From Chiloscyllium plagiosum (Eukaryota): a DNA stretch of 64,000 nt. Below are positions 41,914 through 53,313 of this stretch, piece by piece. Below the pieces are notes generated by a model. That model was not told where the DNA came from. It saw nothing but the letters and a program-made list of their open reading frames with translations, and did no database searches. Positions within the stretch are counted from its first letter, which is position 1. Every line of letters starts with the position of its first letter. The position numbers and the translations under genes were made by a program. The stretch is from positions 34,905,166 to 34,969,165 of the forward strand of contig NC_057721.1 in NCBI RefSeq assembly GCF_004010195.1. The letters run 5' to 3'.

Positions 41914-42555
41914 GTGATTATGTCTGTGTAGGATCAATGAATAAGGAACTAACAGTATTGGTGCCCCGTTTATGTGCAGTATGAAAGGAGCATTTACCAT
42001 TGCTGTCCGCTCACAGAAAACATTATCAATCTAACTTCTCTGACTTCTCTGTCATCCTCACTAATTATAAATCCATATTTTCATTGCTTGGTTCTTGCAG
42101 TTTGGATTTGTTTGCATGTGGAGTGTGTCTTATGGATAAAAACCATGCAAGTGCAGTTGTACTCCAAAGTTTTTATAAATTAACAAAGTCAGAGTTGCAT
42201 TTTGTGAAATTAGTGGGATTATGTCAAAATAAACTATCAGATTTGCAAATTAGTCACGCATCTTTTTTTCCAAAAATATACATTATCATTATATTTTAAA
42301 AATTACTTTAGAAAATACTTTAATTTAAAATTATAGAAGATACAATAAAATTCATTTCTTTTCCAGCATGCTCCACCCTTAGCTGTGATAATACAATTGT
42401 CATACTCAATATATACAAAACACATCCCTTGTCAGGCATTCATTCTGAAACTAGAACATTTTGAATGGAAAAATTACTGAAAGTGCAATAAATAAACTGT
42501 TCACTGTGCACCATTTTTGACTATGAGGTCCCTCAGAACAATTCAATGCTCTGGA

Positions 42556-42861
42556 TTAGATTACATTACAGTGTGGAAACAGGCCCTTCGGCCCAACAAG
42601 TCCACACCGACCCGCCGAAGCGAAACCCACCCATACCCCTACATTTACCCCTTACCTAACACTACGGGCAATTTAGCATGGCCAATTCACCTGACCCTGC
42701 ACATCTTTTTTGGACTGTGGGAAACCGGAGCACCCGGAGGAAACCCACGCAGACACGGGGAGAACGTGCAAACTCCACACAGTCAGTCGCCTGAGGCGGG
42801 AATTGAACCCGGGTCTCAGGCACTGTGAGGCAGCAGTGCTAACCACTGTGCCACCGTGCCG
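42556..42861 (-). mobile_element. HE1-like SINE, young CpG-rich copy (intron 2)
   Basis: Intact head gcggcacggtggcacagtggttagcactgctgcctcacag and B-box ggttcaattcc; possible TSD tggat. Confidence 0.9.
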
Positions 42862-44193
42862 CGTGGATGTTCACAGGTACTTACTTTCAGACCAAAGGGT
42901 TCTACAGTTTCCAACCACTCATTGTACTTCAGCTGAAAAGCTTTCAGCAGTGCCTTTTCTTCATTGCACCTCAACAACAGCTGTTCCAAGCTTTAGTGCA
43001 TTTCACAACACATAGATTTGGATGTTAAAATGTGCCAGAAAATGTTTAGCAGATCAAAGACATCCATCCTTTCATTGAGTTGATCATCCTCCAATTGCAA
43101 TTAGTATTTATGTCAATGCTCTTTCAAGGGAACTGCATGCAGAGTGCAATTTTGCTTCACAGAGCAGTTTAAGTTGAACCTCAATTAAACAAAAATTCTC
43201 TCCAGAGAATTCTGTCTTCTTTGCAAAAGTACTATTCATAGGGAGATGGACAACAGTCTGTTCTCCGCCACAACTGCCATGAGGGCAATGTGTAAAGGCA
43301 TTAAGATTCCAGGAAAGATCCAATGGGAAGGGACTTTCTAACCATCAGCCAAGCTACATCTTGATGCTTGTCTATAGGTGCTGGTCAGTCCACCAAATTG
43401 CATGTACAGTCTTATAGGGGCTCTGGTGTACACTACTTGATGCACATGTGATCAAAGGTGTTTTTTTCTGCATAATCTTTCCACAAAGGGCAATTTACAC
43501 CATAGTCCAACTTCTTGGAGCATTTCATAACAATGTGGCCAGACCAAATATTTCCAGCACTAATTGAATTTCAGAACTTCAAGTCCTTGTGAGTGAGTTG
43601 ACTTTCTTGGCCTGTGGATTGATTGCTAAATCTAATGGGATTGATTAATGGAAAAACATAAATCATAAATCTGACAATGGCCCAATCAATGGGAATGGAT
43701 TGGGTAGCAATAAAAGCAGCATTTCTGGCTGTAAATAACTCCAATAATCTCATATAAATGCAAAAACTGTGGACACCTGAAATACGAAATAAATACAATT
43801 CCAAAGAAGATTCATACCAGACTTGAAATGTTAACTCTGTTTCTTTCTCCACAGATTCTGCCAGACTGCTGAGTTTCTCCAGCATGCTCCAAAATTATCC
43901 CAACTCTCTCCACATGCCACTAGCTTGACCTTCTGCTGACTCCATAACAAAGTTTTAGGACTATGCTTAATTCCTCAGTAGTTTCCACAGTTTCCAATTG
44001 CTGTCCAGTCTCAGAGTTTCTTAAGTCATGTCCATCTGGAAGCACATATACTAACCATTATTAAAAATGGAAATTTCCTACATCTTGTGGCAAAATGTCC
44101 GCCTGATAGTATCCCAATTCACAAAAACGTGATTTGTAACAAAAGTCAACTCCACTTTTGTTGTTAATTCCTTGTTCACATTGTCATTTTCAG

Positions 44194-44271
44194 GTGAAAT
44201 ACAGATATATAACGGTTGGAACACAACTGGAGTCTTTAACCTGACTTTCATGAAAGCTAATGAAACCAATG
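44194..44271 (+). CDS. Ig receptor exon 3: stalk GEIQIYNGWNTTGVFNLTFMKANETN
   Basis: Acceptor ttgtcattttcag, donor G|gtaaga, 78 nt, phase 1-1, open; three N-glycosylation sequons. Confidence 0.8.
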
Positions 44272-44893
44272 GTAAGAATTCTGTTTGATCAGCGTTCTGA
44301 TCATTTTGTGAAACTAATGCATAGGATATAAAAACAGAAATAGCAAATTAAACTTACACCAAAATCCCAAATATAGATTAAAAGTTAATATATTTCTATC
44401 AATATTCTGTTCTTTTTTTCCATCATCTTCTAAAAATTATCCCAACTCTTTTAAAACTCTTTATTCACTTGATTGAAATGTGTAGGGAATTGCAGCATTT
44501 GACCAAATAAATAATGTTTGTCTCCATTATCTCCTTGTATCATACACAGCCCAAAATAAGTTTTGAGTACATATGTAGGCGGATAATTTGGTGTCACACA
44601 GTAGGAGTGATATATCGTTGGGTGTGTTTCAATTGAATTTTGGTAGCATGTAAACAGACTCCCACTTTCTTGGTCAAAATGGTAATTGTTGTAGTTAGAA
44701 TTATAAATTTGTAAAAGTGCTTAACTGAGAACACATTCATAACATGACAATGCCCAATAATACTTGGTTATAAAGAAGTAAAGTGCACATCTCCTGCTGC
44801 TGCAGATTCTTATTGAATTATGGTCATATTTATTTAAGGAACATTTAGTCAATCCCACCTGATTTCATCTAACATATTTAATTTACTTTTTAG

Positions 44894-45016
44894 ATTACAA
44901 GGTTTTTGAAAATTATGGTTTGATAGCTGCCTTATCTGGAACAGGAGCATTAATCATCATAGCTATTTTCACATGGGCTGTTGTGGGACATTGCAGGAGA
45001 AGGTCAAGAAGGCAAG
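44894..45016 (+). CDS. Ig receptor exon 4: TM DYKVFENYGLIAALSGTGALIIIAIFTWAVVGHCRRRSRRQ
   Basis: Acceptor tttactttttag, donor AAG|gtaagt, 123 nt, phase 1-1; hydrophobic helix followed by a basic stop-transfer cluster. Confidence 0.9.
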
Positions 45017-45266
45017 GTAAGTGGAGCCAAAATAATAATGGATAGCCATGTGACTGAGAATGCAAAACTAAAAAGGATTCTATGCTAGTTACTAATCAGG
45101 CACCAGTAGGTGACAGAAAATCAACATTGATTAAAATATCTTGTTTAACTAGAGAAAGTAATCTGGAATTAGTAAAATAAATTGAAGTAGTTGAAGTTAA
45201 AAAAAAAACAGTTGTCTAATACAGTTCAGTGAAGGAACCTGCAATCCCTACCTCCTATTTATCACT

Positions 45267-45597
45267 GCGGCACGGTTGCTCAGTGGTTAGCACTGCTGCC
45301 TCGCAGCACCAGGATACCAGGCTCGATTCCAGCCTTGGGCGACTGCCTGTGTGGAGTTTGCATATTCTCCCCGTGTCTGCGTGGGTTTCCTCCGGGTGCT
45401 CCGGTTTCCGCCCACAGTCCAAAATGTGCAGTTCAGGTGAATTGGCCATGCTAAATTGTGTTAGGTACATTAGTCATTAGTCTAATATTAGGTCCATTAG
45501 TCAGAGGGAAATGGGTCTGGTGGGTTACTCTTCGGAGGGCTGGCGTGGACTTGTTGGGCCAAAGGGCCTGTTTCCATGCTGTAGGTAATCTAATCTA
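45267..45597 (+). mobile_element. HE1-like SINE (intron 4)
   Basis: gcggcacggttgctcagtggttagcactgctgcc head; (taatc)n tail. Confidence 0.9.
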
Positions 45598-46789
45598 AAA
45601 CTATAATACCTTGTCAATGTGCTTTAACTCTTACATGCCCACAAAAGTGATTCAGTTGTACCAAAATATGACACAATTCAAAACGAAAGCTCCTCACAAA
45701 CTCCAACACCACTTTAGAACAATGATATGTGTGCAATAAATGTTGTTCTTGTCAGTAAAATCCATAACCAAGAATTAACTTAAAGAAAAAATAGCCAAGT
45801 ATTGTTAATAACGACAATGTAATTGATTCCTAAAAAGAATTTCCACTCTGCAATTTAGTCATGAAATGTGGTTACTTATTAAACAATTGATATGTCAGTA
45901 CAGATTTACTGAAAGGCAATGATTGATGAGGAAAAATGTGTGAAAGTCTTTGTAAATTTCTGTCTGGATTCTCTTTCAAGTTTGCCCTCAGTTGGTGGGA
46001 GATCTGAGGGAAGGCAAAGTTATTTTTCTCTACAAGAAGAATGATGATGTTAATGTGAGATACGAATAAATAGGGAAAAATAGAGACTGAGCCAGAGTGG
46101 GTATGTTATCTGTCAGCAAGAAGAAGAAAATCTTGATCAATGAAAGGAATTTTAAGGAAGAAAGGAAAATGGAGAAGTTTAAATCACTAATTAACATATT
46201 AATATATTGAAACAATAAGCATAATTAAAGAGGATACATATCAGGATCAGATGAATTATAAAGTTAATAACTTTCTGAAAGTTAAGTTCACTGGTGAATG
46301 CACAGAGGTACTAAAAACATTTTTTTTAAATGATTAACTTCAGTGTATTTGCTAGTTGAGACTGCCAAACCTCCTTTCACCCAGGATCCTTACAGGAGTT
46401 TTGCTCCACTCAGTAAACTTTCTCATAATCACCTATGATCTTAACAATTTTGGAAAATGAAACTTAAGATGTCTCTGAACTTTTCCATAGAAAAAAATCA
46501 ACAATATAATGTTCCATTGTGTTGATCGTAACTAATCCCGTGTAATTATTATCATTGTTATATAATAGTAATGTAGTAAAAATAACCATACATCAAGTAA
46601 TATGTTGTAAGCTTTTGTCGTCAAATTTTCCTGTTATGTCACTCATCAAACTGGTTGTTTTAAGGCTTTGGAAAATACAGAACATAACAGAGACCACAAC
46701 CACAGACACCTCTAGGGCTGATAAACCACAAACATTGCACTCCAATCTTTTGCTGAATGCTGATAACACAAATAAGTAAACTGGTTTGC

Positions 46790-47577
46790 ATACATGGAAA
46801 CAGTATAGCAATTGATGGGCTGATGGGCCAAGGAGTGGCAGATGGAGTTTAATTTGGATAAATGTGAGGTGTGACATTTTGGTAAGACACAACAGGACAG
46901 GACTTATACATTTAATGGTTGGGTCCTGAGGAATGTGGCCAAACAAAGAGAGCATGGGATGCAGGTTCATAGTTCCTTAAAGGTGGTTGGGTATAGGAGT
47001 CAGGATGTCATGTTATGACTGTACAGGACATTGATTAGGCCACTTTTGGAATACTGCATGCAATTCTAGTCTCCTTCCTTTCAGAAAGATGTTGTGAAAT
47101 TTGAAAGGGTTCAGAAAAGATTTACAAGGATGTTGCCTGGGTAGGAGGATTTGAGCGAGAGGAAGAGGCTGAACAGGCTGGGCTGTTTTCCCTGGAGCAT
47201 TGGAGGCTGAGGGGTGACCTTACAGAGGTTTATAAAATCATGAGGGGCATGGAAAGGGTGAACAGCCAAGGTCTTTTCCCCAGGGCACAGAAGTCCAGAA
47301 CTAGAGGGCACAGGTTTAAGATGCGAGGGGAAAGATTTAAAAAGGATCTAAGGGGCAACTTTTTCAGGCTGAGGATGGTGCATGTATGGAATGAGCTGCC
47401 AGAGGAAATGATAAGGGTGGGGACAACTAGAACATTTAAAAGGTATCTGGACAAGGATACAAATAGGAAGGGTATAGAGGGATATGGCTAAATGCTGGCA
47501 AATAGGAATGGATTAATTTAGGATATCTGGTGGGCATAGATAAGTTGGACTGAAGGGTCTGTAATCTCTATGACTTT
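46790..47577 (+). mobile_element. CR1 3' part
   Basis: TRGHRFKMRGERFKKDLRGNFF..VWNELP and a 3' UTR ending ctctatgact. Confidence 0.9.
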
Positions 47578-48384
47578 ATAATTACCTTAAAGCCCATAAA
47601 ATGTAAAGAATGGTGTGCATCATAACAAGTCACCCAGCAAACAACTCATACTGAGAGTGCAAATCAATTCATTTTATCATTGTTTGCATCAACAAATGTC
47701 ATGTAAGCACACAAGCAACTTCCTTACAAGATAAACCATTCTGAAACAATGACCTTTGTTTTCTTAAAGTAAGTAATACCATATAATGCATGTACATAGA
47801 TAAAGTACGATTGATGTTGAAATAAAAGTGAAAAATGCTGGAAATTCTCAACGGGCTAGGTCACACCTGGAAAGAAAAACAGAACTAATTTTTTGTGTTG
47901 ATTCATTTTCTTTATTCATCCAAAGATATAATAGTCAGTATTAAAGTAAAGTATAAATCTGAAGTGTAATAGTTTTTAAAAATTCTAAGATTTCAAGAAT
48001 TAACGTATAATATTTCAAAATCAAAATCTTAAGATATGTTCAGATGCATTGGTGGAATTTTAACTTCACAAAATGCATAGTTTTAGAGTCATGGAGACAT
48101 AGAGATGTACAGCATGGAAAAAGACCCTTTGGTCCAACCCATGCTTAACAGATATCCCAACCCAATCTAGTCTCACCTGCCAGCATCTGGCCCATGTCCC
48201 TCCAAACCCTTCCTATTCATATATTCATCCAAATGCCTCTTCAATGTTGCAATTGTACCAGCCTCCACCACTTCCCCTGGCAGCTCATTCCATACACGTA
48301 CCAACCTCTGCGTGAAAAAGTTGCCTTGTAGGTCTCTTTTATATCTTTCCCCTCTCACCCTAAACCTATGCACTCTATGCACTC

Positions 48385-48555
48385 TTGTGCAGTCCTTGCA
48401 TGGTATTTTGTACACTACATTCGTCTTGCTCATGTTGGGTATCGGGTCCTTCGTTCTGGTGACAACAGAACAACAACTCACCAGAACGAAGGACCCGATA
48501 CCCAACGTGAGCAAGACGAATGTAGTGTACAAAATACCATGCAAGGACTGCACAA
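48385..48555. repeat. 78-bp-arm inverted repeat derived from a Penelope GIY-YIG segment
   Basis: Arms 48385-48462 and 48478-48555 differ at one position, with a 15-nt spacer; they encode TRTKDPIPNVSKTNVVYKIPCKDCT. Confidence 0.9.
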
Positions 48556-49024
48556 NNNNNNNNNNNNNNNNNNNNNNNNNNNNNNNNNNNNNNNNNNNNN
48601 NNNNNNNNNNNNNNNNNNNNNNNNNNNNNNNNNNNNNNNNNNNNNNNNNNNNNNNNNNNNNNNNNNNNNNNNNNNNNNNNNNNNNNNNNNNNNNNNNNNN
48701 NNNNNNNNNNNNNNNNNNNNNNNNNNNNNNNNNNNNNNNNNNNNNNNNNNNNNNNNNNNNNNNNNNNNNNNNNNNNNNNNNNNNNNNNNNNNNNNNNNNN
48801 NNNNNNNNNNNNNNNNNNNNNNNNNNNNNNNNNNNNNNNNNNNNNNNNNNNNNNNNNNNNNNNNNNNNNNNNNNNNNNNNNNNNNNNNNNNNNNNNNNNN
48901 NNNNNNNNNNNNNNNNNNNNNNNNNNNNNNNNNNNNNNNNNNNNNNNNNNNNNNNNNNNNNNNNNNNNNNNNNNNNNNNNNNNNNNNNNNNNNNNNNNNN
49001 NNNNNNNNNNNNNNNNNNNNNNNN
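48556..49024. other. Assembly gap (469 N)
   Basis: N run. Confidence 1.
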
Positions 49025-50491
49025 CCTTACTGAAGTCCATATAGATCACATCTACCGCTCTACCCTCATTAATCCTCTTTGTTACTTCTTCAGAAAACTC
49101 AAACAAGTTTGTGAGACATGATCTTCCACACACAAAGCCATGTTGACTATCCCTAATTAGTCCTTGCTTTCCAAATACATGTACATCCTGTCCCTCATGA
49201 TTCCCTCCAACAACTTGCTCATTATCAACGTTAGTCTCACTGGTCTATAGTTTCCTGGCTTGTCCTTACCACCCTTCTTAAACAGTGGCACCACGTTAGC
49301 CAACCTCCAGTCTTCCGGCACCTCACCTGTGACTATCGATGATACAAATATCTCAACAAAAGGCCCAGTAATCATTTTGCTAGCTTCCCACAGAGGTCTA
49401 GGGTACACCTGATCAGGTCCTGGGGATTTATCCACCTTTATGCATTTCAAGACATCCAGCGCTTCCTCCTCTGTAATATGGACATTTTGTGAGGTGTCAC
49501 CATCTATTTCCCTACAGTCTATATCTTCCATATCCTTTTCCACAGTAAATACTGATGCAAAATACTCGTTTAGTATCTGCCCCATCTCCTGCGGCTCCAC
49601 ACAAAGGCTGCCTTGCTGATCTTTGAGGGACCCTATTCTCTCCCAAGTTACCCTTTTGTCCTTAATGTATTTGTAAAAACCCTTTGGATTCTCCTTAATT
49701 CTATTTGTGAAAGCTATCTCATGTCGCTGTTTTGCCCTCCTGATTTCCCTGGTAAGTATACTTCTACTTCCTTTATATTCTTCTAAGAATTCACTCGATC
49801 TATCCTGTCTATACTTTACAAATGCTTCCTTTTTTTTAACCAAACCCTCAATCATCTTTAGTCATCCAGCATTCCCCATAACTACCAGCCTTTCCTTTCA
49901 CCCTGACAGGAATATACTTTCTCTTTATTCTCATTATCTCATTCCCAAAGGCTTCCTATTTTCCAGCCGTCCCTTTACCTGCGAACATCTGCCCCTGATC
50001 AGCTTTTGAAAGTTCTTGCCTAATTGGCTTTTTGCCAATTTAGAACTTCAACTTTTAGATCTGGTCTAACCTTTTCTATCACTATCTTAAACCTAATAGA
50101 ATTATGGTCGCTAGCCCCAAAATGCTCCCTCACTGACACCTCATTCACCTGCCCTGCCTTATTTCCCAAGAGTAGGTCAAACTTTGCACCTTCTCTAGTA
50201 GGTACATCCATATACTGAATCAGAAAATTTCTTGTACACACTTAACAAATTCTTCTCCATCTAAGCCCTTAACACTATGGTAATCCCAGTCTATGTTTGG
50301 AAAGTTAAAATCCCTTACCATAACCACTCTATTATTTTGATGGAGGTTGGAGGTTAAAGTATTAAAAATTTGAATTCTGAGACATCCTTTCTACCAACCC
50401 ATCCAATTCTATGCCATCTAAGCAATGGTTCAGATGGGACTCTGAAATTGCAAATTCCACTGGGCAATTACTCCTTCATCTGGAGTTCTCC

Positions 50492-51230
50492 ATAAGACCA
50501 TAATACATAATAGCAGAAGTTAGGCCACTCAGCCCATTTAGTCTGCTCTGCCATTCAATCATGGGTGACAAGTTTCTCAATCATATTCTCCTGCTTTCTC
50601 CCTGTAACCCTTGATCTCCTTGACACTCAAGAACCTATCTTCCTCAGTCTTAAATTTACTCAGTGATGAGGCCTCACAGCCATCTATGGCAATGAATTCC
50701 ATAGATTCACCACTCTCTGTCTGAAGATGTTTCTCCTTATTTCCATTCTAAAAGGTCTTCCCTTAATTCTAAGGCTATGCCCTCAGTTCCAAGTCTCTCC
50801 TACCAATTGGAAACATCTTCCCAACATCTACTCTGTCCAGGCCACTCAGTATTCTATTTGTTTCAATTAGAGCCACACTCATCCTTCTATCGAGTATAGA
50901 TCCAGTTCCTCATATGTTAAGCTTTTCATTCCTGGGAATATTCTTGTGAACCTCCTCTGTACACACTCTCGGGCCAGTGCATCCTTCCTGAGATATGGGG
51001 CCCAAAACTGTGCACAATACCCCAAATATGGTCTGGAGCCTCAGATATACATTGCTGCTTTTATATTCAAGTCCTTTCAAAATAAATGCCATCATTGCAT
51101 TTGCCTTCCTTACCACTGACTCAACCTGCAAGGTTACCTTGAGAGAATCCAGAACTCTCAAGTCTCTTTGCACTTCAGATTTCTGAATTTTCTCTCCATT
51201 TAGAAAATAGTCCATGCCTCTATTCTTCCT
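50492..51230 (-). mobile_element. CR1 3' part, third subfamily
   Basis: YFLNGEKIQKSEVQRDL..KANAMMAFILKGLEYKS; (TCTTATGG)n-like tail. Confidence 0.88.
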
Positions 51231-51231
51231 A

Positions 51232-51480
51232 GATTAGAGTGGTGCTGGAAAAGCACAGCAGTTCAGGCAGCATCCGAGGAGCAGTAAAATCAACGTTTCG
51301 GGCAAAAGCCCTTCATCAGGAATACAGGCAGAGAGCCTGAAGGGTGGAGAAATAAGTGAGAGGAGGCAGGGCAGACGAAATGACCTGGGAGTCACAGTGG
51401 GAGAGGGACTCTCTGAGATACTTGTAGAGAGAGGAGGAAAACTTCTTCAAGGCAGGCATCCTTGCAAGAGGATTCGCAGT
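51232..51480 (-). mobile_element. Penelope-like 3' terminal fragment
   Basis: Same terminal family as 16922-17015 and 25940-26040. Confidence 0.75.
51287..51323 (-). ncRNA. Minimal hammerhead ribozyme motif
   Basis: ATTC-CTGATGA-A-GGGC-TTTT-GCCC-GAAAC-GTT-GAT: intact core, perfect helix II and an NUH triplet. Confidence 0.7.
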
Positions 51481-52714
51481 AGTAATTCAGGAGATGTTAG
51501 ACTATTAAATTAGTCTAACTCCTGGATAACTATGACCCCCACTTTATTCCACACTCCCACAACAGAGTTCCCCTAGACTCTTTCTACTTCCCAGAACCTC
51601 ACATGACCTCTCTCGCCCTGGAACCAGGACCCTTTCCCGCTGCTTGACACAATTCCCTCACTCCCTCCACCAAAGTTGACATGAACCCAAAGACCCAACA
51701 TTCCTCCTGCTTCTACACGGGACCTGATACCCCACTTTCTGCTGGACCCAATATCTCCTATCCACCCAAACCTACCCAAAACACTCCATCACCTATCCTG
51801 TGGAAAAGCAAGCCATGACTTTCCTATAGAGATAGGCTTTGAAAATCAAATTGGCACATATATCGGACTTTGGAAATTATGTCTTATCTATTCTCATTGA
51901 CTTCAATGACCACAGCGGTTTGTAAAGGCAATCAGTGATATACCCACGAGTAGATTCTCTGCTATCTTCATTGATAAAGTCAGAAGCTGTTATCATTTTT
52001 ACCACCAATGTGATACAGTGTGTTTCACACCTACCAACCCACACCATCCACCAACCCCAACCATCCAGAAAAATACACTTTATAAATCATAACTTCTAAA
52101 CAATTGTGGATGGCAGTTGCTTTCCTGTGAAATTTGCCCAGATATCACTGTACCACAATTTCAGACCATGTTATCATTGCAGTGGAAATTTGCAGGTGGA
52201 GAAAAATACAATTGGCTTTGGAGAAACTGGTGTGACAGAACTTGATTGGCAATGTGTAATTAAACCTCTTTAGGTACAGCCAGTCTGCCGTTATACAGCT
52301 GGCAATGATGTAAAACCAGTAAACATGTAGCGCACAGCTGTCAAACCCCAGATATGGCTGATGATCTGGAGTTGTGTTTCTGCATGTTTGAATGCTCATT
52401 TTTAACATTGGGAAAAGTGCAGGAGAGACAGCCACTTCTGTTTTAAGTGAAATACATTATATACTTGAAAAATATATCAGCATTTTGTAAACTAAATTGC
52501 AATGTTATGCAAAGATTATGCAACCCTTGCTGTGAACTTTAAATGGTGTGAGATTTCCTGCCAGACAGTTTCTCACACCTCCAAACTTCATTGGTCTCAG
52601 GAGTCAAATCAGGAACTCACTTCCAAGTTACACCACTATTTTCATTTTGATACCTCCTCATTTCAAAGTGAAAGTGATGGCATATATTAAAACAAGATTA
52701 AACTGAGACATCAG

Positions 52715-52753
52715 CCTCAATTGTAATTCGCCGATCTTGCACCCCACCCCCTG
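52715..52753 (+). CDS. Possible extra cytoplasmic exon ASIVIRRSCTPPP (39 nt)
   Basis: Strong donor CTG|gtaagc and phase 1-1 in frame, but the acceptor lacks a pyrimidine tract. Confidence 0.3.
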
Positions 52754-53224
52754 GTAAGCAGGAAAGGAGAATTAATTCTGCACGTAGATACAGAATGACA
52801 TGTACTGAAACAGGAGATGCATTTAGAATAGTTATTGGTAACATGCTTCTCTTGCAGTTAATCAGGTGCCCTTTTATTTCAAAGGCTGGTGGATGCTTTT
52901 TTAAGATCACCAATTACATCAAAAGCAATATTTCTGGAGGCCTCCTGTTAACCCTCTCAGATAAGACCATGTAGAGGTCTTAGAGAAGAGGAGTATAAAA
53001 GAAGTACATAACAATGGAGGAAAACAGATAAGATTTGACAATCTCACTACTTTGTACTTAATTATTATAGATACAAATCAATGTCCTGAATCTCCCTGTC
53101 GATTAGAAAGCACATATGACATCTTGCAGTCCAAGTTTAGTGTGCAATCATTTGTAAATATGATTGTTGCTCCATTTCTTGAAGGAACACTCACCATAAT
53201 CATATTTTATTTTTATCTTGACAG

Positions 53225-53313
53225 GTAAAACAACGAAGGATAAACAATCTCATAAAGATAGAAACAATGAAAGTGATGACATCTATGAAAACATGGGCAG
53301 GGTACCACAATAA
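53225..53313 (+). CDS. Ig receptor terminal exon GKTTKDKQSHKDRNNESDDIYENMGRVPQ*
   Basis: Strong acceptor ttttatttttatcttgacag, phase 1, acidic YENM phosphotyrosine motif, TAA at 53311-53313. Confidence 0.82.

Larger units (their letters stand above)
48083..50335 (-). mobile_element. CR1 LINE spanning a hairpin insert and the assembly gap
   Basis: 3' end at 48083-48384; ORF2 49025-50335 with GRSCLTNL, KSPGPD, EDWRLANV, SDHN and GDFN. Confidence 0.9.

Noticed and set aside
42790-42861. tRNA gene
   Set aside because: The A/B boxes belong to a SINE head continuous with the SINE body.
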